From positions 64,001-128,000 of the forward strand of contig JAYUEN010000332.1 in assembly GCA_043739185.1 (NCBI GenBank): a stretch of 64,000 nucleotides of DNA, in the 5' to 3' direction. Below are positions 20,202-30,610 of this stretch, in pieces. Made by a program: the position numbers and the translations under genes. Source of the DNA: Bdellovibrionales bacterium. Its GTDB lineage: Bacteria; Bdellovibrionota; Bdellovibrionia; Bdellovibrionales; JAMPXM01. The notes under the pieces were generated by a model, which saw nothing but the letters and a program-made list of their open reading frames with translations, had not been told where the DNA came from and made no database searches. The first letter of the stretch is position 1. Each line of letters opens with the position of its first letter.

Positions 20202-21590
20202 CTAAAATGGAAGTTTCGTTAAAAACATTTTTAAGTCGTCGTTTGTCATATAAAGTCCCGCACCGGCAAATGCTTGACGAGTTCCCTGACCGTTAGTGAG
20301 ATCATCACCACCGCCCGTTAAATAAACTCCATTCCAAACATTATACCGCGCCGTTGCCCGCAGATGGTAATTCACAAAATCAAATGCCTCAAATGAAAGT
20401 CTCAATTTATGCTTAAGGGCAAAGTAATCAAATGCAATTCCGCCGGTGGTTTCAATGACGCCGCCTTTAACAGTAAAATTATAGAAATTTTTAGCGTAAA
20501 GAGCATTGAATTTGAGCTTGTTTAGGACGGTTTCTTTTTCCTCAACATTCACGGCCGGACCACTATTTACCGTCGTAGCCGTTTTTCGGGTTGTTGTTAC
20601 ACCCAATGGGTCACTGACAACGCCCAGTTCATAATACCGATCAAGACCTGGTTGAACAATTAAATTGATTGTCGCTTTCGCCTGTCCAGTGCCTGATAAA
20701 TAGTCGGTGTGAAAATCAAATCCAGTTTGAAGTTTTGCCGCAGTATCAATGAAACTGCTCACACCCTCAATCGCTGAATTTAAATTGTCGACGGTTGTAT
20801 CATCATTAATTAATTTTCCGATTGTGCCTTCGCCGCGATTGACCTTATCGGTAATTTCTTCGACATTTTTCAAGCTTTTGTCGATGCGTTTCAAACTATG
20901 CAAAGCATCTTTCCAGGCTGTCTTAAATCCATCAGCGCTTTCGTCATTTACTAAGTCATCGATGGTGCCCGTGATGCCGTGAATATTTTCGATGATCTCG
21001 CCAATTTCGCCTTTTCTCTCACTGCTGAGCTCGGCCAAATCACCTGTCAAAGTTTCAATATTGCTAATGATTCGTCCGAGTGGTTTGTCAGTATCACCTT
21101 CTGTTGCGGCTTTGACATTTTCAGCAACTGAAGAAAGCGATTTGGTAATCTTGCTAACTTCGCCAATCAAGCGATCGACAGAGGCACGATCATCCACAAC
21201 CAGAATTTGCTCTCCTGAACGCAGTGGCGGATCTCGTAAATCACCATTGATAATTTCGACGTGTTTATCACCTAAAATGCCATTTGGACGAATTTCGATG
21301 CGAGCGGATTTGGTCATGGGCGTATCGCCCTTAACTACAATAAACACTCTCGCCTGACCATGCTCGAGAACTATATCTTTGATAATACCGACATCGATGC
21401 CGGCCATTTTGACGCCTGAATTCTTCACAATGCCCGAAGCATCTTCCATCAAAAACCAAGCTTCTTTTGTAGCTCCGAGATAACTCGGGTCCTGCGAAAC
21501 CTTCAATGACATTGTTGCGATGATGCCTGAAATAATCAGTACAAGAAGACCGACTTTGAATTCAGGTGCCTTGAGAAGAGTACCTAGCAT
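20202..21590 (-). CDS. mlaD: MCE/MlaD-family protein with a long helical region and C-terminal beta domain
   Basis: KVGL TM, A.GI...S.VKMAGI.VG and G.LGDK motifs; follows mlaE and mlaF. Confidence 0.85.
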   Translation of the reverse strand: MLGTLLKAPEFKVGLLVLIISGIIATMSLKVSQDPSYLGATKEAWFLMEDASGIVKNSGVKMAGIDVGIIKDIVLEHGQARVFIVVKGDTPMTKSARIEIRPNGILGDKHVEIINGDLRDPPLRSGEQILVVDDRASVDRLIGEVSKITKSLSSVAENVKAATEGDTDKPLGRIISNIETLTGDLAELSSERKGEIGEIIENIHGITGTIDDLVNDESADGFKTAWKDALHSLKRIDKSLKNVEEITDKVNRGEGTIGKLINDDTTVDNLNSAIEGVSSFIDTAAKLQTGFDFHTDYLSGTGQAKATINLIVQPGLDRYYELGVVSDPLGVTTTRKTATTVNSGPAVNVEEKETVLNKLKFNALYAKNFYNFTVKGGVIETTGGIAFDYFALKHKLRLSFEAFDFVNYHLRATARYNVWNGVYLTGGGDDLTNGQGTRQAFAGAGLYMTNDDLKMFLTKLPF

Positions 21591-22372
21591 TACTTATGCA
21601 CTCCTTTAGCAACAAACTTTTTAACGAGTTCAATGTCTGTTTTCATGAAATCGTCGGCGGTACCAAACAAAAGAAGCTTTCCACTGTCGAGCATAGCGAG
21701 ATAATCTCCGATTCGTAGGGCTGCAAATAAATCATGCGAAACGATTATCGAAGTCGTTCCTGGTTTTAAATTATGAGCGCTCACTATGAGATTATCCACC
21801 ATTTCTGTCAGAATGGGATCAAGACCTGTTGTAGGTTCGTCATAAATTAGTATTTCTGGATCAAGGGCTAAGGCTCTCGCAAGACCAACCCGCTTTCGCA
21901 TTCCACCAGAGAGTTCGTTCGGTAGTTTATTAAAATGCTTTTCTTCAAGCCCCGATTCTATGAGACGAGCTTTTGCAATCTCAAGTACCTCAGCACGCTT
22001 CAAGCTTCTGCGATGCTCAAACAAAGGAAAGCAGACATTCTCAACCGCCGTCATATCATCAAAAAGTGCGGCATATTGAAAGAGCATTCCGTATTTATGA
22101 CGAAGCTTTGTGAGCTCACGTTCATTCATTTGGGTTATTTCTTGCCCGAGGATTTCAATACTCCCAGACGTAGGTCTAAACAATCCTAAAATGTGTTTTA
22201 ATAATACGGATTTACCAGTGCCTGAGTAGCCGATGATGACCGTGATCTTTCCTTTCGGTATAGTGAGATTCATTCCGTTTACGACAAATTCTTTGCCGTC
22301 GAAACTTTTTTTCAAATCGGTGATTTTGACCGCCACCTCTAATGATGAAATGTCCGCCATCACCTCTGTCAT
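21590..22372 (-). CDS. mlaF: MlaF-type ABC ATPase
   Basis: GYSGTGKS, LSGGMRKRVGLARAL, YDEPTTGLDP. Confidence 0.9.
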   Translation of the reverse strand: MTEVMADISSLEVAVKITDLKKSFDGKEFVVNGMNLTIPKGKITVIIGYSGTGKSVLLKHILGLFRPTSGSIEILGQEITQMNERELTKLRHKYGMLFQYAALFDDMTAVENVCFPLFEHRRSLKRAEVLEIAKARLIESGLEEKHFNKLPNELSGGMRKRVGLARALALDPEILIYDEPTTGLDPILTEMVDNLIVSAHNLKPGTTSIIVSHDLFAALRIGDYLAMLDSGKLLLFGTADDFMKTDIELVKKFVAKGVHK

Positions 22373-22374
22373 AA

Positions 22375-23220
22375 TTAAGCGGTCTTTCCGATCAAATGGT
22401 AAAAGATCGTAATGAGATTGCTGAGAAAGAAGTCTAAAATAATAACCATCACCATACTGGTAACCACGCCTTGGTTGGTACTTTCGCCAACACCTGCGGC
22501 ACCACCTTTAGTAAAAAAGCCACGATGGGTGCAGATAACTCCAAAGACCAATCCAAAGACAGTAGATTTAAAAAGACCTTCGAAAATAAAACGCGGCTCA
22601 AGCCAATGTGCTACATGGTCGAAAAAAGTTGCGGAATCCATTTCGAGAAGATGAATGCAAAGAAAATAGGATCCAAAAATTGCGAGAAAATCGAATAAAC
22701 CACATAGTAGAGGCGTCGAAATTGCGCAGGCAATTATTCTGGGACTAACCAAATATTGTTTGGGATCAACACCCATCACTTCAAGGGCATCAATTTGTTC
22801 GGTCACTCTCATGGTTCCGAGTCGTGCCGCCATAGCGCCGCCAGCGCGCGCTGAAATGATAAGGCCAGTCAAAACCGGCCCTAGCTCACGTGTGATTCCC
22901 AATGCAACCGTTGAACCGACTAAACTGGTTGCATTGACCATTTTAAAACCTAAATAAATTTGTAAGCTCAACGCCATTCCGGTGAATAGTCCGGTTAGGC
23001 AAATAATAAATACGGATTTATTTCCGGCGAACTCCATATGACTGATGAGCTCATGAAAGCGAAAGGGATTGGTAAAAAACAATTTGATAGACTCCATACC
23101 AAAAATAAATATATCGCCAACTTCAAGTATGAATTTTTGTACGGACTTAAAAAAATACAAAGCAATCTCATCGAGATATTCACTGAATTGTTCACGCTTT
23201 TTTAGTAAATCCATTTGCAA
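22375..23220 (-). CDS. mlaE: MlaE-type ABC permease
   Basis: RELGPVLT, GTMRVTEQIDALEVMG and GGAxGVG motifs. Confidence 0.92.
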   Translation of the reverse strand: MQMDLLKKREQFSEYLDEIALYFFKSVQKFILEVGDIFIFGMESIKLFFTNPFRFHELISHMEFAGNKSVFIICLTGLFTGMALSLQIYLGFKMVNATSLVGSTVALGITRELGPVLTGLIISARAGGAMAARLGTMRVTEQIDALEVMGVDPKQYLVSPRIIACAISTPLLCGLFDFLAIFGSYFLCIHLLEMDSATFFDHVAHWLEPRFIFEGLFKSTVFGLVFGVICTHRGFFTKGGAAGVGESTNQGVVTSMVMVIILDFFLSNLITIFYHLIGKTA

Positions 23221-23242
23221 CTCGATGTTTGTTCAATGCAGC

Positions 23243-24403
23243 CTAATCTGTAACGTAAACTCGCGGTACTCGCCCCGAAATGCGAGCAAGGACCTCGTAA
23301 GATATAGTACCAACTTTTTCAGCTAAATCACTTGCCAATATTTGATTATCTTTTTGTTTTCCAAAGACGACCACTTCATCACCAATTTGCAGCTTTTGCT
23401 TTAAGGCAACTGCAGTTAAATCGACCATAAAGTAATCCATACACACAGTTCCCACTACTGGAACGCGAAAACCATGGCAGAGTACTTCACCAGAATTGCT
23501 TAATCCTCGAAAGTAACCGTCGGCATACCCCAGCGGCACCGCCCCAATGATCGAATCTCTTTTTGCTGTCCACTTTCCACTGTACGAAATGACTTCTCCC
23601 CTTTTTACTTTGTTTACAGCTGCCAATTTAGATTTCAAACTCATCACCGGACTAAGGTCGAGCGTTCCTGTCTCTTGAGTCATCACCTGACCCCCATAAA
23701 GAGAAATTCCGGGACGCACTCCAAGTGTTGAGATTTCACTTGGTTCATTTGGCTTTCCATTTTTAGTTCTTAAAAAGACATTGGCCAAAGCGCTGCTATT
23801 GAGAGCGTGAGCGATCGGATGCGAATACTTAAATTGCGCTTCGATGGGGAGAAATTTCAAAAGTTGCTGGCTTGAAGTTTGCCCCGGCGCCCCCGCATCT
23901 TCAGCGTTTAACAAATGAGTACAGATACCCTCAAGTTCAAAATTTTTGTTCGCCTCTAAAAATTTGAGGATTCGGGGGGCTTCTGCGGGGTCAAGCCCTA
24001 AGCGGTTCATCCCGGTATTGAATTTAAGATGAATCCGAAATTTTTGAGTCGCAGACAATTTCTCTTTTAAAAATGTCAAATCAGAAAAGTCGCTAATGAC
24101 AGGGGTAACGTTATTTCTGATAATCTCATCACTGCTTTGCTGGTCAAAAATTCCAAACATAAGTATTCGCGAATCGATGCCATTTTCACGAAGCTCCAGG
24201 GCTTCTTCAACTAGTCCCACACCTAAATGAGATGGCCCAAATGCACTCAAAGTCTCGGCTATCTTGATCGCACCGTGCCCATAAGCATCGGCTTTAATCA
24301 TAGGACAAAAAAATTTCGGCGAATTTGCCATTTTATAGAGAACTGAATAATTGTGTTTGAGGTGCGATAAATTAATTTCAGCAATACTCTGACGATGAAT
24401 CAT
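23243..24403 (-). CDS. alr: Alanine racemase
   Basis: KADAYGHG, TGMNRLG, GYADG, VCMD and TISYE motifs. Confidence 0.95.
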   Translation of the reverse strand: MIHRQSIAEINLSHLKHNYSVLYKMANSPKFFCPMIKADAYGHGAIKIAETLSAFGPSHLGVGLVEEALELRENGIDSRILMFGIFDQQSSDEIIRNNVTPVISDFSDLTFLKEKLSATQKFRIHLKFNTGMNRLGLDPAEAPRILKFLEANKNFELEGICTHLLNAEDAGAPGQTSSQQLLKFLPIEAQFKYSHPIAHALNSSALANVFLRTKNGKPNEPSEISTLGVRPGISLYGGQVMTQETGTLDLSPVMSLKSKLAAVNKVKRGEVISYSGKWTAKRDSIIGAVPLGYADGYFRGLSNSGEVLCHGFRVPVVGTVCMDYFMVDLTAVALKQKLQIGDEVVVFGKQKDNQILASDLAEKVGTISYEVLARISGRVPRVYVTD

Positions 24404-24409
24404 TGAGGC

Positions 24410-25936
24410 TTATTCTGCCGCTTGGGTCGGATGCACCAGAAAATCCGGCGTAAAACCCGCTTCGGTTTGCCATACGGCTACGCGATTACCTTGATTTCTT
24501 TTCACTTGGTAAATGGCTTCATCACAAGATTTCATTAGACTCTCAGCATCCGAGCAAACTGTGGGATACTCACTCACGCCAACGCTCAGCGAGAGCTGAG
24601 CTCGGTCTTCAATTTTTACGAAAGGAAACTGCGATTGTAAAAACGCGCGACGAATCTTTTCGGCTTTCAGCATGGTGTTTCTAATTTCAGTATGAGGTAA
24701 TAAAAAACAAAACTCATTTTCCCCTAGTCGACCTAAAATATCCGTATTTCGAAAATTCTTTTTCATGGACCGCGCCAATGCTTTAATCACTAAATTCATA
24801 TTTTCTTGCCCATACTTTTGGGCCAAAAGATCAAAATTGTCTATTTGAAGTTTCATCATCGAAAGCGGGTGTTGTATGCGCCGGGCACGAGAAATTTCAT
24901 CTCTCAACTTTTCATCAAACGCTCGTTTGTTGATGAGGCCGGTAAAAGAGTCTTGATTTTGCTGTGAATGCAGCTCTTTCATCAATTCATTTCGACCAAA
25001 AGTACTTTCAAAAAACTCATGGCAAAGTCGAACCGCGACATGATCCTCATGCAAAGTCTTATTCAATACAATGGCAACGCCCTTCAATTGAGTTCCGTCA
25101 AAATGGAGCAAACAACTGAATTCATCAACTTGAAATACACTTTCAATAAAATTTTGTAAGGGCGCAAACTCAGTTGGCTCACTTGCCATTTTAAGTAGGC
25201 ACTCCGAACTCAGAGATTCTATTTTAAAGCCCAAACTCTCAACTCTCGAAATTGGGGACCAAATGCTTTGACTGTAAACGAAACTCAATTGCTGAGGCAA
25301 AAACCGAAGATAGAGTACGGGCATGCTGCCGCTCAACGAGCTCACTTGAAAAATATATTTTTTAACGAGGTCGTCTTGGTCTTTCAAAGCAGACATCTCA
25401 TGAAATTGTTGTTGTAATTTCTGCAGCAATTGATTGGAGTCACCTTCATCAAAGCTCATACCTTGAAGAGAGGTTTCAAGCACACTTCCTAATCCTCGAC
25501 GCCTGCGCAGCTGTTCATTCTCGAACTGCAGATAGAGGCGATGGGCAGCCCGATCGACGCGCACCATAAGCTCAGCTGTTGATACATAGGGCACCACAAG
25601 GTAATCATAAATCTCACCTATTGAACTCTTCAAGATACTGCCTATCAAATGCGTCTCATGAATCATTAAAATGATTTGTGTTTCCGGACTTAATTTTCGA
25701 ATTTGAGCTATGACTTTATCTGATTGAGCTTCGCTTTTTGAATAATAAATAATGAAGATATGAGGGGCATCGGCTTTCGTTGCCGCAAGGGCAGAATCCG
25801 AAGTCGGATAGAATTGCGTCTGATATCCCACCTCCGAAAGTGTTTCACATAGTTCCGTAGACCTACGATAATTGTCGTCTATTAAAAAAATACGAAATTC
25901 GCTGCGAATATCTTCTAGTTTCAAACAAATCTCCAA
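24410..25936 (-). CDS. Degenerate receiver plus degenerate GGDEF protein (CdgA-like putative c-di-GMP receptor)
   Basis: N-terminal REC fold; DSFTGLIN; RNTD (RxxD I-site) followed by GENEF in place of GG[DE]EF. Confidence 0.8.
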   Translation of the reverse strand: MEICLKLEDIRSEFRIFLIDDNYRRSTELCETLSEVGYQTQFYPTSDSALAATKADAPHIFIIYYSKSEAQSDKVIAQIRKLSPETQIILMIHETHLIGSILKSSIGEIYDYLVVPYVSTAELMVRVDRAAHRLYLQFENEQLRRRRGLGSVLETSLQGMSFDEGDSNQLLQKLQQQFHEMSALKDQDDLVKKYIFQVSSLSGSMPVLYLRFLPQQLSFVYSQSIWSPISRVESLGFKIESLSSECLLKMASEPTEFAPLQNFIESVFQVDEFSCLLHFDGTQLKGVAIVLNKTLHEDHVAVRLCHEFFESTFGRNELMKELHSQQNQDSFTGLINKRAFDEKLRDEISRARRIQHPLSMMKLQIDNFDLLAQKYGQENMNLVIKALARSMKKNFRNTDILGRLGENEFCFLLPHTEIRNTMLKAEKIRRAFLQSQFPFVKIEDRAQLSLSVGVSEYPTVCSDAESLMKSCDEAIYQVKRNQGNRVAVWQTEAGFTPDFLVHPTQAAE

Positions 25937-25939
25937 CTA

Positions 25940-28060
25940 TTACAGTATTGTTTTCGTTCGTGGTTCTCGAATGACGACTTTGAAATCATCGACGTCTTCA
26001 TCTTCCGATTCAAAGCCTTGCATTTGATTGAATTCTGGCAGTATCTCATCAAGATTAGTATTTTCATTTTTAATGTTTTTTTGAATCATTTTGTCAGAGA
26101 GTTTCTTAAGATGTTCGTCAAATTCTTGATCTAAATCCTCTTCTTCTAATTCAAAGTAATCTGGAGCCACAAGCGCGTCCTCAACAAAATCAAGCTTGAG
26201 CTTAGGATTTTTTAGAGACTCATGAATTGGATTATCAAATGTTAACGGCGCTTCGTGAGCTGGTCGCGCAAACTGTATGATCATATCTGTCCCGACACCG
26301 GGCGAGGACTGCACTCGGAGATCCCCCCTCATGCCCGAAATCACTCCATGAGTATAGGCTAAGCCCAATCCATTGCCATCTAAATTTGAAAACTCTCTAT
26401 AAAATGGCAAAAAGATTTTGTCTTGTACTTCTTTCGGCATTCCGATCCCATTGTCTGATATCACCAATTCGCCCTGACCATTAACAACTTGAATTTTAAA
26501 ACTTAATTTCTTCTCAGCGCGGCCCTTCAAAGCTTCAATTGAATTGCTGATGATTTTTTCAATCGCCATTTGAAATTTCTCAATTGAGGCTTTGATTTCA
26601 AATCCGCGGTCGAAATCCATGCTCACTAAAATGCCTTCGGCTTCAATTTGATCCGACCACTTCGCCAAAGCATGTTCGCAGACCTCTGCAACGCTGACCG
26701 AAGCCAAATTTAGATGCTGAACAGAATTGACTTGATCCAACTCTCTTAAAAGCTCGCGTGATTTGCGTGCCTCATCTTGCAAAATTTTTGCATGCGCATT
26801 GATTTCAGTATCAGCGGATTTAGATAATATCAAACTTGATTCAGCGATCATACTTGAAATTCGGTCAGAAAAAATTCGATTGAGTCCGCGGCTCATCATT
26901 TTCAAGAGCTCGATCGTCTTTTCATTGCTATCGGCCCGACTTGTTGGCGACGACTGAATGACGTCCGGTGTGATTGCTTGGTCGACCCTTGGTCTTACAA
27001 ATGGATTCAGAGAGGCCAACCCTCTCTTCATCAATTCTGTTCGGAGATTTTTGCTGTCGACTCTCTTTTGCTCAAAATTTTCAAATTCGCTTTCGGCTGA
27101 GTCTTCGTGAGAAATAGTCAATGCCGGCACCGGCTCCTGGGGTTTTGCAGCAGAGGCTTTAGGCAGGAGCTTTTGTGCAAAGACAAATGCTAAAAAGGCG
27201 AAAAATGCCAGCATACCGGCGATCGTGGGCCAGCTCGTTTGCCAAAGGGACGCGGCAAGCGGAGCATTCAGCTTCGGTGAGTTCACAACCGCATACAAAT
27301 TACTATGCTCTATTTTCTCATAGTATCCAAAAATTGGATCCTTATTTGAGTCCACAAAATTGCCAGACGACATGGCCCTTTTAGACGCCTTGATTTCTTG
27401 ATAAATAGGCTCGGCCGCAAAGGAACTGCCATCATAATTTTTACTGGTATGTGCCGCTACAAAAGCCTTGTCGTTTAAGAGAAACATTTTGCCCGTACTG
27501 CCACGAAAATCATCGGCAACTCCACTGAGAGGATTGCTTGGACTCATCCCAACAATATAGGCCTTTCTGTTCTGTTTTTTGTTGTGAGCTTCAATTTCAA
27601 TAATCGAAAAGTAAACGGGTTTATTATTTCCCTCTTGATACTTGCTCCAGACAAATCCGGATTCTTCAATTTTTTGAAATGCCAAGGTTTTGAGTGCAGC
27701 ACTTCGATATTCATTGGTCCAGACTTCATTATTGCGAACACTTTCGATCCACTTGGGCGCAAATTCAGTACCTGAAAGTTGCACCAGTGCAATTGAGTTA
27801 AAGAGACCAAATTGAGGAGTTGCTTCATGGGTTTTGCGGGCAAGAGCAAAATTGAGTAAGTCATTTCTAATTTCTTCAATTTTTAGACTTACGAGGTGCT
27901 TGAAAGGATTCATTTTATGAATAGCTTCGCTTCGAACCTGAGATTGTTTTGATTGTTCCAATCCTAAATTCAATTTCATTACCACGGCGACTGATGAAGC
28001 GGCTGAAGCAAGCAACACTAAAAAAATGAAGTGCAGTTTATATGAGAAGAACTTTTTCAC
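25940..28060 (-). CDS. Membrane sensor histidine-kinase-like protein (Cache-like periplasmic domain and HATPase_c) lacking an obvious H-box His
   Basis: Two TMs; N-box ISNSIEA, G1 DNGIG, G2 GNGLGL; acidic C-terminal tail. Confidence 0.75.
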   Translation of the reverse strand: MKKFFSYKLHFIFLVLLASAASSVAVVMKLNLGLEQSKQSQVRSEAIHKMNPFKHLVSLKIEEIRNDLLNFALARKTHEATPQFGLFNSIALVQLSGTEFAPKWIESVRNNEVWTNEYRSAALKTLAFQKIEESGFVWSKYQEGNNKPVYFSIIEIEAHNKKQNRKAYIVGMSPSNPLSGVADDFRGSTGKMFLLNDKAFVAAHTSKNYDGSSFAAEPIYQEIKASKRAMSSGNFVDSNKDPIFGYYEKIEHSNLYAVVNSPKLNAPLAASLWQTSWPTIAGMLAFFAFLAFVFAQKLLPKASAAKPQEPVPALTISHEDSAESEFENFEQKRVDSKNLRTELMKRGLASLNPFVRPRVDQAITPDVIQSSPTSRADSNEKTIELLKMMSRGLNRIFSDRISSMIAESSLILSKSADTEINAHAKILQDEARKSRELLRELDQVNSVQHLNLASVSVAEVCEHALAKWSDQIEAEGILVSMDFDRGFEIKASIEKFQMAIEKIISNSIEALKGRAEKKLSFKIQVVNGQGELVISDNGIGMPKEVQDKIFLPFYREFSNLDGNGLGLAYTHGVISGMRGDLRVQSSPGVGTDMIIQFARPAHEAPLTFDNPIHESLKNPKLKLDFVEDALVAPDYFELEEEDLDQEFDEHLKKLSDKMIQKNIKNENTNLDEILPEFNQMQGFESEDEDVDDFKVVIREPRTKTIL

Positions 28061-28391
28061 GCAATAACCTCATCCGTAAGGTGTTAGAAAGCATACTAAA
28101 ATTTAAAGACAAAAGGCCGTAGAAATTAAGCGGTGGCCTCTCCCATTGTATGGCTCTCTAGCCTCGACTTGCAAGTCTCAGTAGTAGACCAAAGGACCTT
28201 CCCGGCCTAGGTCGAGGCTTGTCCGCTTCAAATAAGACTCCGGTCAATTGTTTTTGGTTAATAGACCACTTGAAATGAGTTAAGGGGCATGGTCCTTAGT
28301 CTAAGAACGCCCTACGCTTGACCGAATACACTGATTTTGGCCTTGATTCATTTCCCGGTGACAAACCAAATGCGCCGATTTATAAATTCCC

Positions 28392-29993
28392 ATGCTTAAA
28401 AAGTGCGATTTTTTAGTAGTAGGATCTGGCCTTGCCGGTCTCGCTTATGCTTTGAAACTTGCTGATCATGGCAGTGTCGTTATCATTTCAAAGACAGAAG
28501 CTCCGCTTTCAAACACTGCAATGGCCCAAGGCGGAATTGCAGCTGTCATGTCTCCTGATGATAGTTTTGAAAATCACATCGAAGACACGATCAATGCCGG
28601 AGCAGGTCTTTGTCGAAAGGACATCGTCGAACGGGTTGTTGAAGCCGCACCTGATCGCATCGAAGATTTAATTAAGTGGGGCGTAAAATTTGATATTGAA
28701 GACGGACAAAACAATAAAATAAATTTAGCGCGCGAAGGAGGCCATTCCCATCGGCGCATCTTACACGTTCAAGATCATACGGGAGCAGATATTCATGCCG
28801 AACTATTAAAGAAGGCAATTGCACATAAAAATATTGAAATTTTTGAAGGTCATTTTGCTGTAGATCTTATCCTCAACAGAGATATCAACCCCACATCAGT
28901 TGAATCGCCTCGTTGTCTAGGCGTATATGTTTTCAACAAAGCAAAAAGGCAAGTGATCGAATTTTACTCTCGCTTTACCATGCTTGCTACCGGCGGCGCC
29001 GGAAAGACCTATCTCTATACCACCAATTGGAGTGGTGCCACCGGTGACGGAATTGCAATGGCCTACCGGGCCGGGGCGCGAGTTGCCAATTTAGAATTTA
29101 TGCAGTTTCATCCCACTTGCCTTTATCATCCCGGAGAAAGAAATTTTTTAATCACCGAAGCCCTGCGCGGCGAAGGGGCTGAGCTGATCAATGACCAAGG
29201 CGAGGCTTTTGCCAAAAAATTTCATCCACAAGGTAGCCTGGCCCCTCGAGATATTGTGGCGCGGTCAATCGATGCCGAAATGAAAAGATCCGGCGCAGAG
29301 TGCGTTTATTTAGACATTACCCATCGAACGCCCGAATTCATTCGCGAGCGCTTTCCTCAAATTTATAAACGTTGTCTTGAACTAGGCATCGATATTACCA
29401 AACAACCTATTCCCGTTGTACCGGCGGCCCATTACCTTTGCGGCGGAATCTTAACCGATTGGAATGCTTGTACGGATATTAAGGGACTCTTGGCCAGTGG
29501 CGAGAACGCCTGCACAGGTCTTCACGGTGCCAATCGACTGGCAAGCAATTCACTCTTAGAATGCTTGGTCTTTTCTCACAATGCCGCCGAATATTGTATT
29601 CAAAATAAAAATTTATTTTCGATCGCAGAGGTGAGTGAACGGGGTTATAAGAATTTTGCTTATCAAAATGAAGATGAAATGATTGTTATAACTCATATGT
29701 GGGATGAAATCAGACGCCTCATGTGGAATTACGTCGGAATTGTGCGCAGCAATCGCCGGCTATTGAGAGCCAAAACTCGACTCGACAATATTTTAAGTGA
29801 AGTACAAGAATTTTACGGCAAGGCCCGCTTGCATCCGGATATTATTGAACTACGAAATATTGCATTGGTTGCACAGCTCAGTGTTCAGTGTGCTTTGAAA
29901 CGCCAAGAGTCTCGTGGAATTCATTACAACTTAGACTTTCCCAAAACCAACGATCTCGCGCAAGAAACTATTTTGAGCCTGGGCTCAATTTAG
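28392..29993 (+). CDS. nadB: L-aspartate oxidase
   Basis: GSGLAG, AQGGIA, EGGHS.RRI.H, QFHPT, HGANRLASNSLLE and ESRG motifs. Confidence 0.95.
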   Translation: MLKKCDFLVVGSGLAGLAYALKLADHGSVVIISKTEAPLSNTAMAQGGIAAVMSPDDSFENHIEDTINAGAGLCRKDIVERVVEAAPDRIEDLIKWGVKFDIEDGQNNKINLAREGGHSHRRILHVQDHTGADIHAELLKKAIAHKNIEIFEGHFAVDLILNRDINPTSVESPRCLGVYVFNKAKRQVIEFYSRFTMLATGGAGKTYLYTTNWSGATGDGIAMAYRAGARVANLEFMQFHPTCLYHPGERNFLITEALRGEGAELINDQGEAFAKKFHPQGSLAPRDIVARSIDAEMKRSGAECVYLDITHRTPEFIRERFPQIYKRCLELGIDITKQPIPVVPAAHYLCGGILTDWNACTDIKGLLASGENACTGLHGANRLASNSLLECLVFSHNAAEYCIQNKNLFSIAEVSERGYKNFAYQNEDEMIVITHMWDEIRRLMWNYVGIVRSNRRLLRAKTRLDNILSEVQEFYGKARLHPDIIELRNIALVAQLSVQCALKRQESRGIHYNLDFPKTNDLAQETILSLGSI

Positions 29994-29994
29994 T

Positions 29995-30534
29995 CTAACC
30001 TCCGCCTCCTGTATTAGACGATCTGAAGCTAATTCCGAAACCAAAGTACAAAGAGTCGCCTGGATTCACTGAATACTTCATATCGAATCGTACCCAGAGG
30101 GTTTCAAGCACATGATACATCGCCCCTACCCCGGCGTGAAAACCAACAACGGTATTGCGATCTGTAGTATTGACCTCTGAATAGTAATTAATTTCGGGGC
30201 CTGCAAAAATCATAGTCGTTAAAAAATTATCAATAGGAATATCGAATCTTCCGCGAATAGGTAGAGTGGTAAAATCAATACCTTTTGCATGACTGTCCAT
30301 CAGACCGAATTCGAGGCCTGCGCCTGCCATTGGTATTTTATAGAAAAAACCCCAGGTTGGCAGAATTTCGGCGACACCCTGAATTTGATCAGGCAACATA
30401 GGCCCGGCTTGGACATTGAATTCAGATCCAAAATTTGAACTTGAGCTTTGAGCTCGGGCCAAATCAAAGGTCCAAAAATAAAACAAAATCCCAAGAATAA
30501 AAAACAAAACCTTGATAGTACATCGTCGCTGCAT
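29995..30534 (-). CDS. Small outer-membrane beta-barrel protein
   Basis: Signal peptide and about 8 amphipathic strands (GFHAGVGAMY, LYFGFGISF). Confidence 0.65.
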   Translation of the reverse strand: MQRRCTIKVLFFILGILFYFWTFDLARAQSSSSNFGSEFNVQAGPMLPDQIQGVAEILPTWGFFYKIPMAGAGLEFGLMDSHAKGIDFTTLPIRGRFDIPIDNFLTTMIFAGPEINYYSEVNTTDRNTVVGFHAGVGAMYHVLETLWVRFDMKYSVNPGDSLYFGFGISFRSSNTGGGG

Positions 30535-30610
30535 TTCAATAGTGTAGTCGAAATGATGTTCATCGACAACCAGACTTGACCATTGAAGCATTTCAGAAAG
30601 AAGATATTAA

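Noticed and set aside
28061..28391. Riboswitch or ncRNA upstream of nadB
   Set aside because: There are short complementary stretches (AGCCTCGAC / GTCGAGGCT), but no aptamer consensus I recognise. A divergent promoter region explains the length, and an Rfam scan would settle it.
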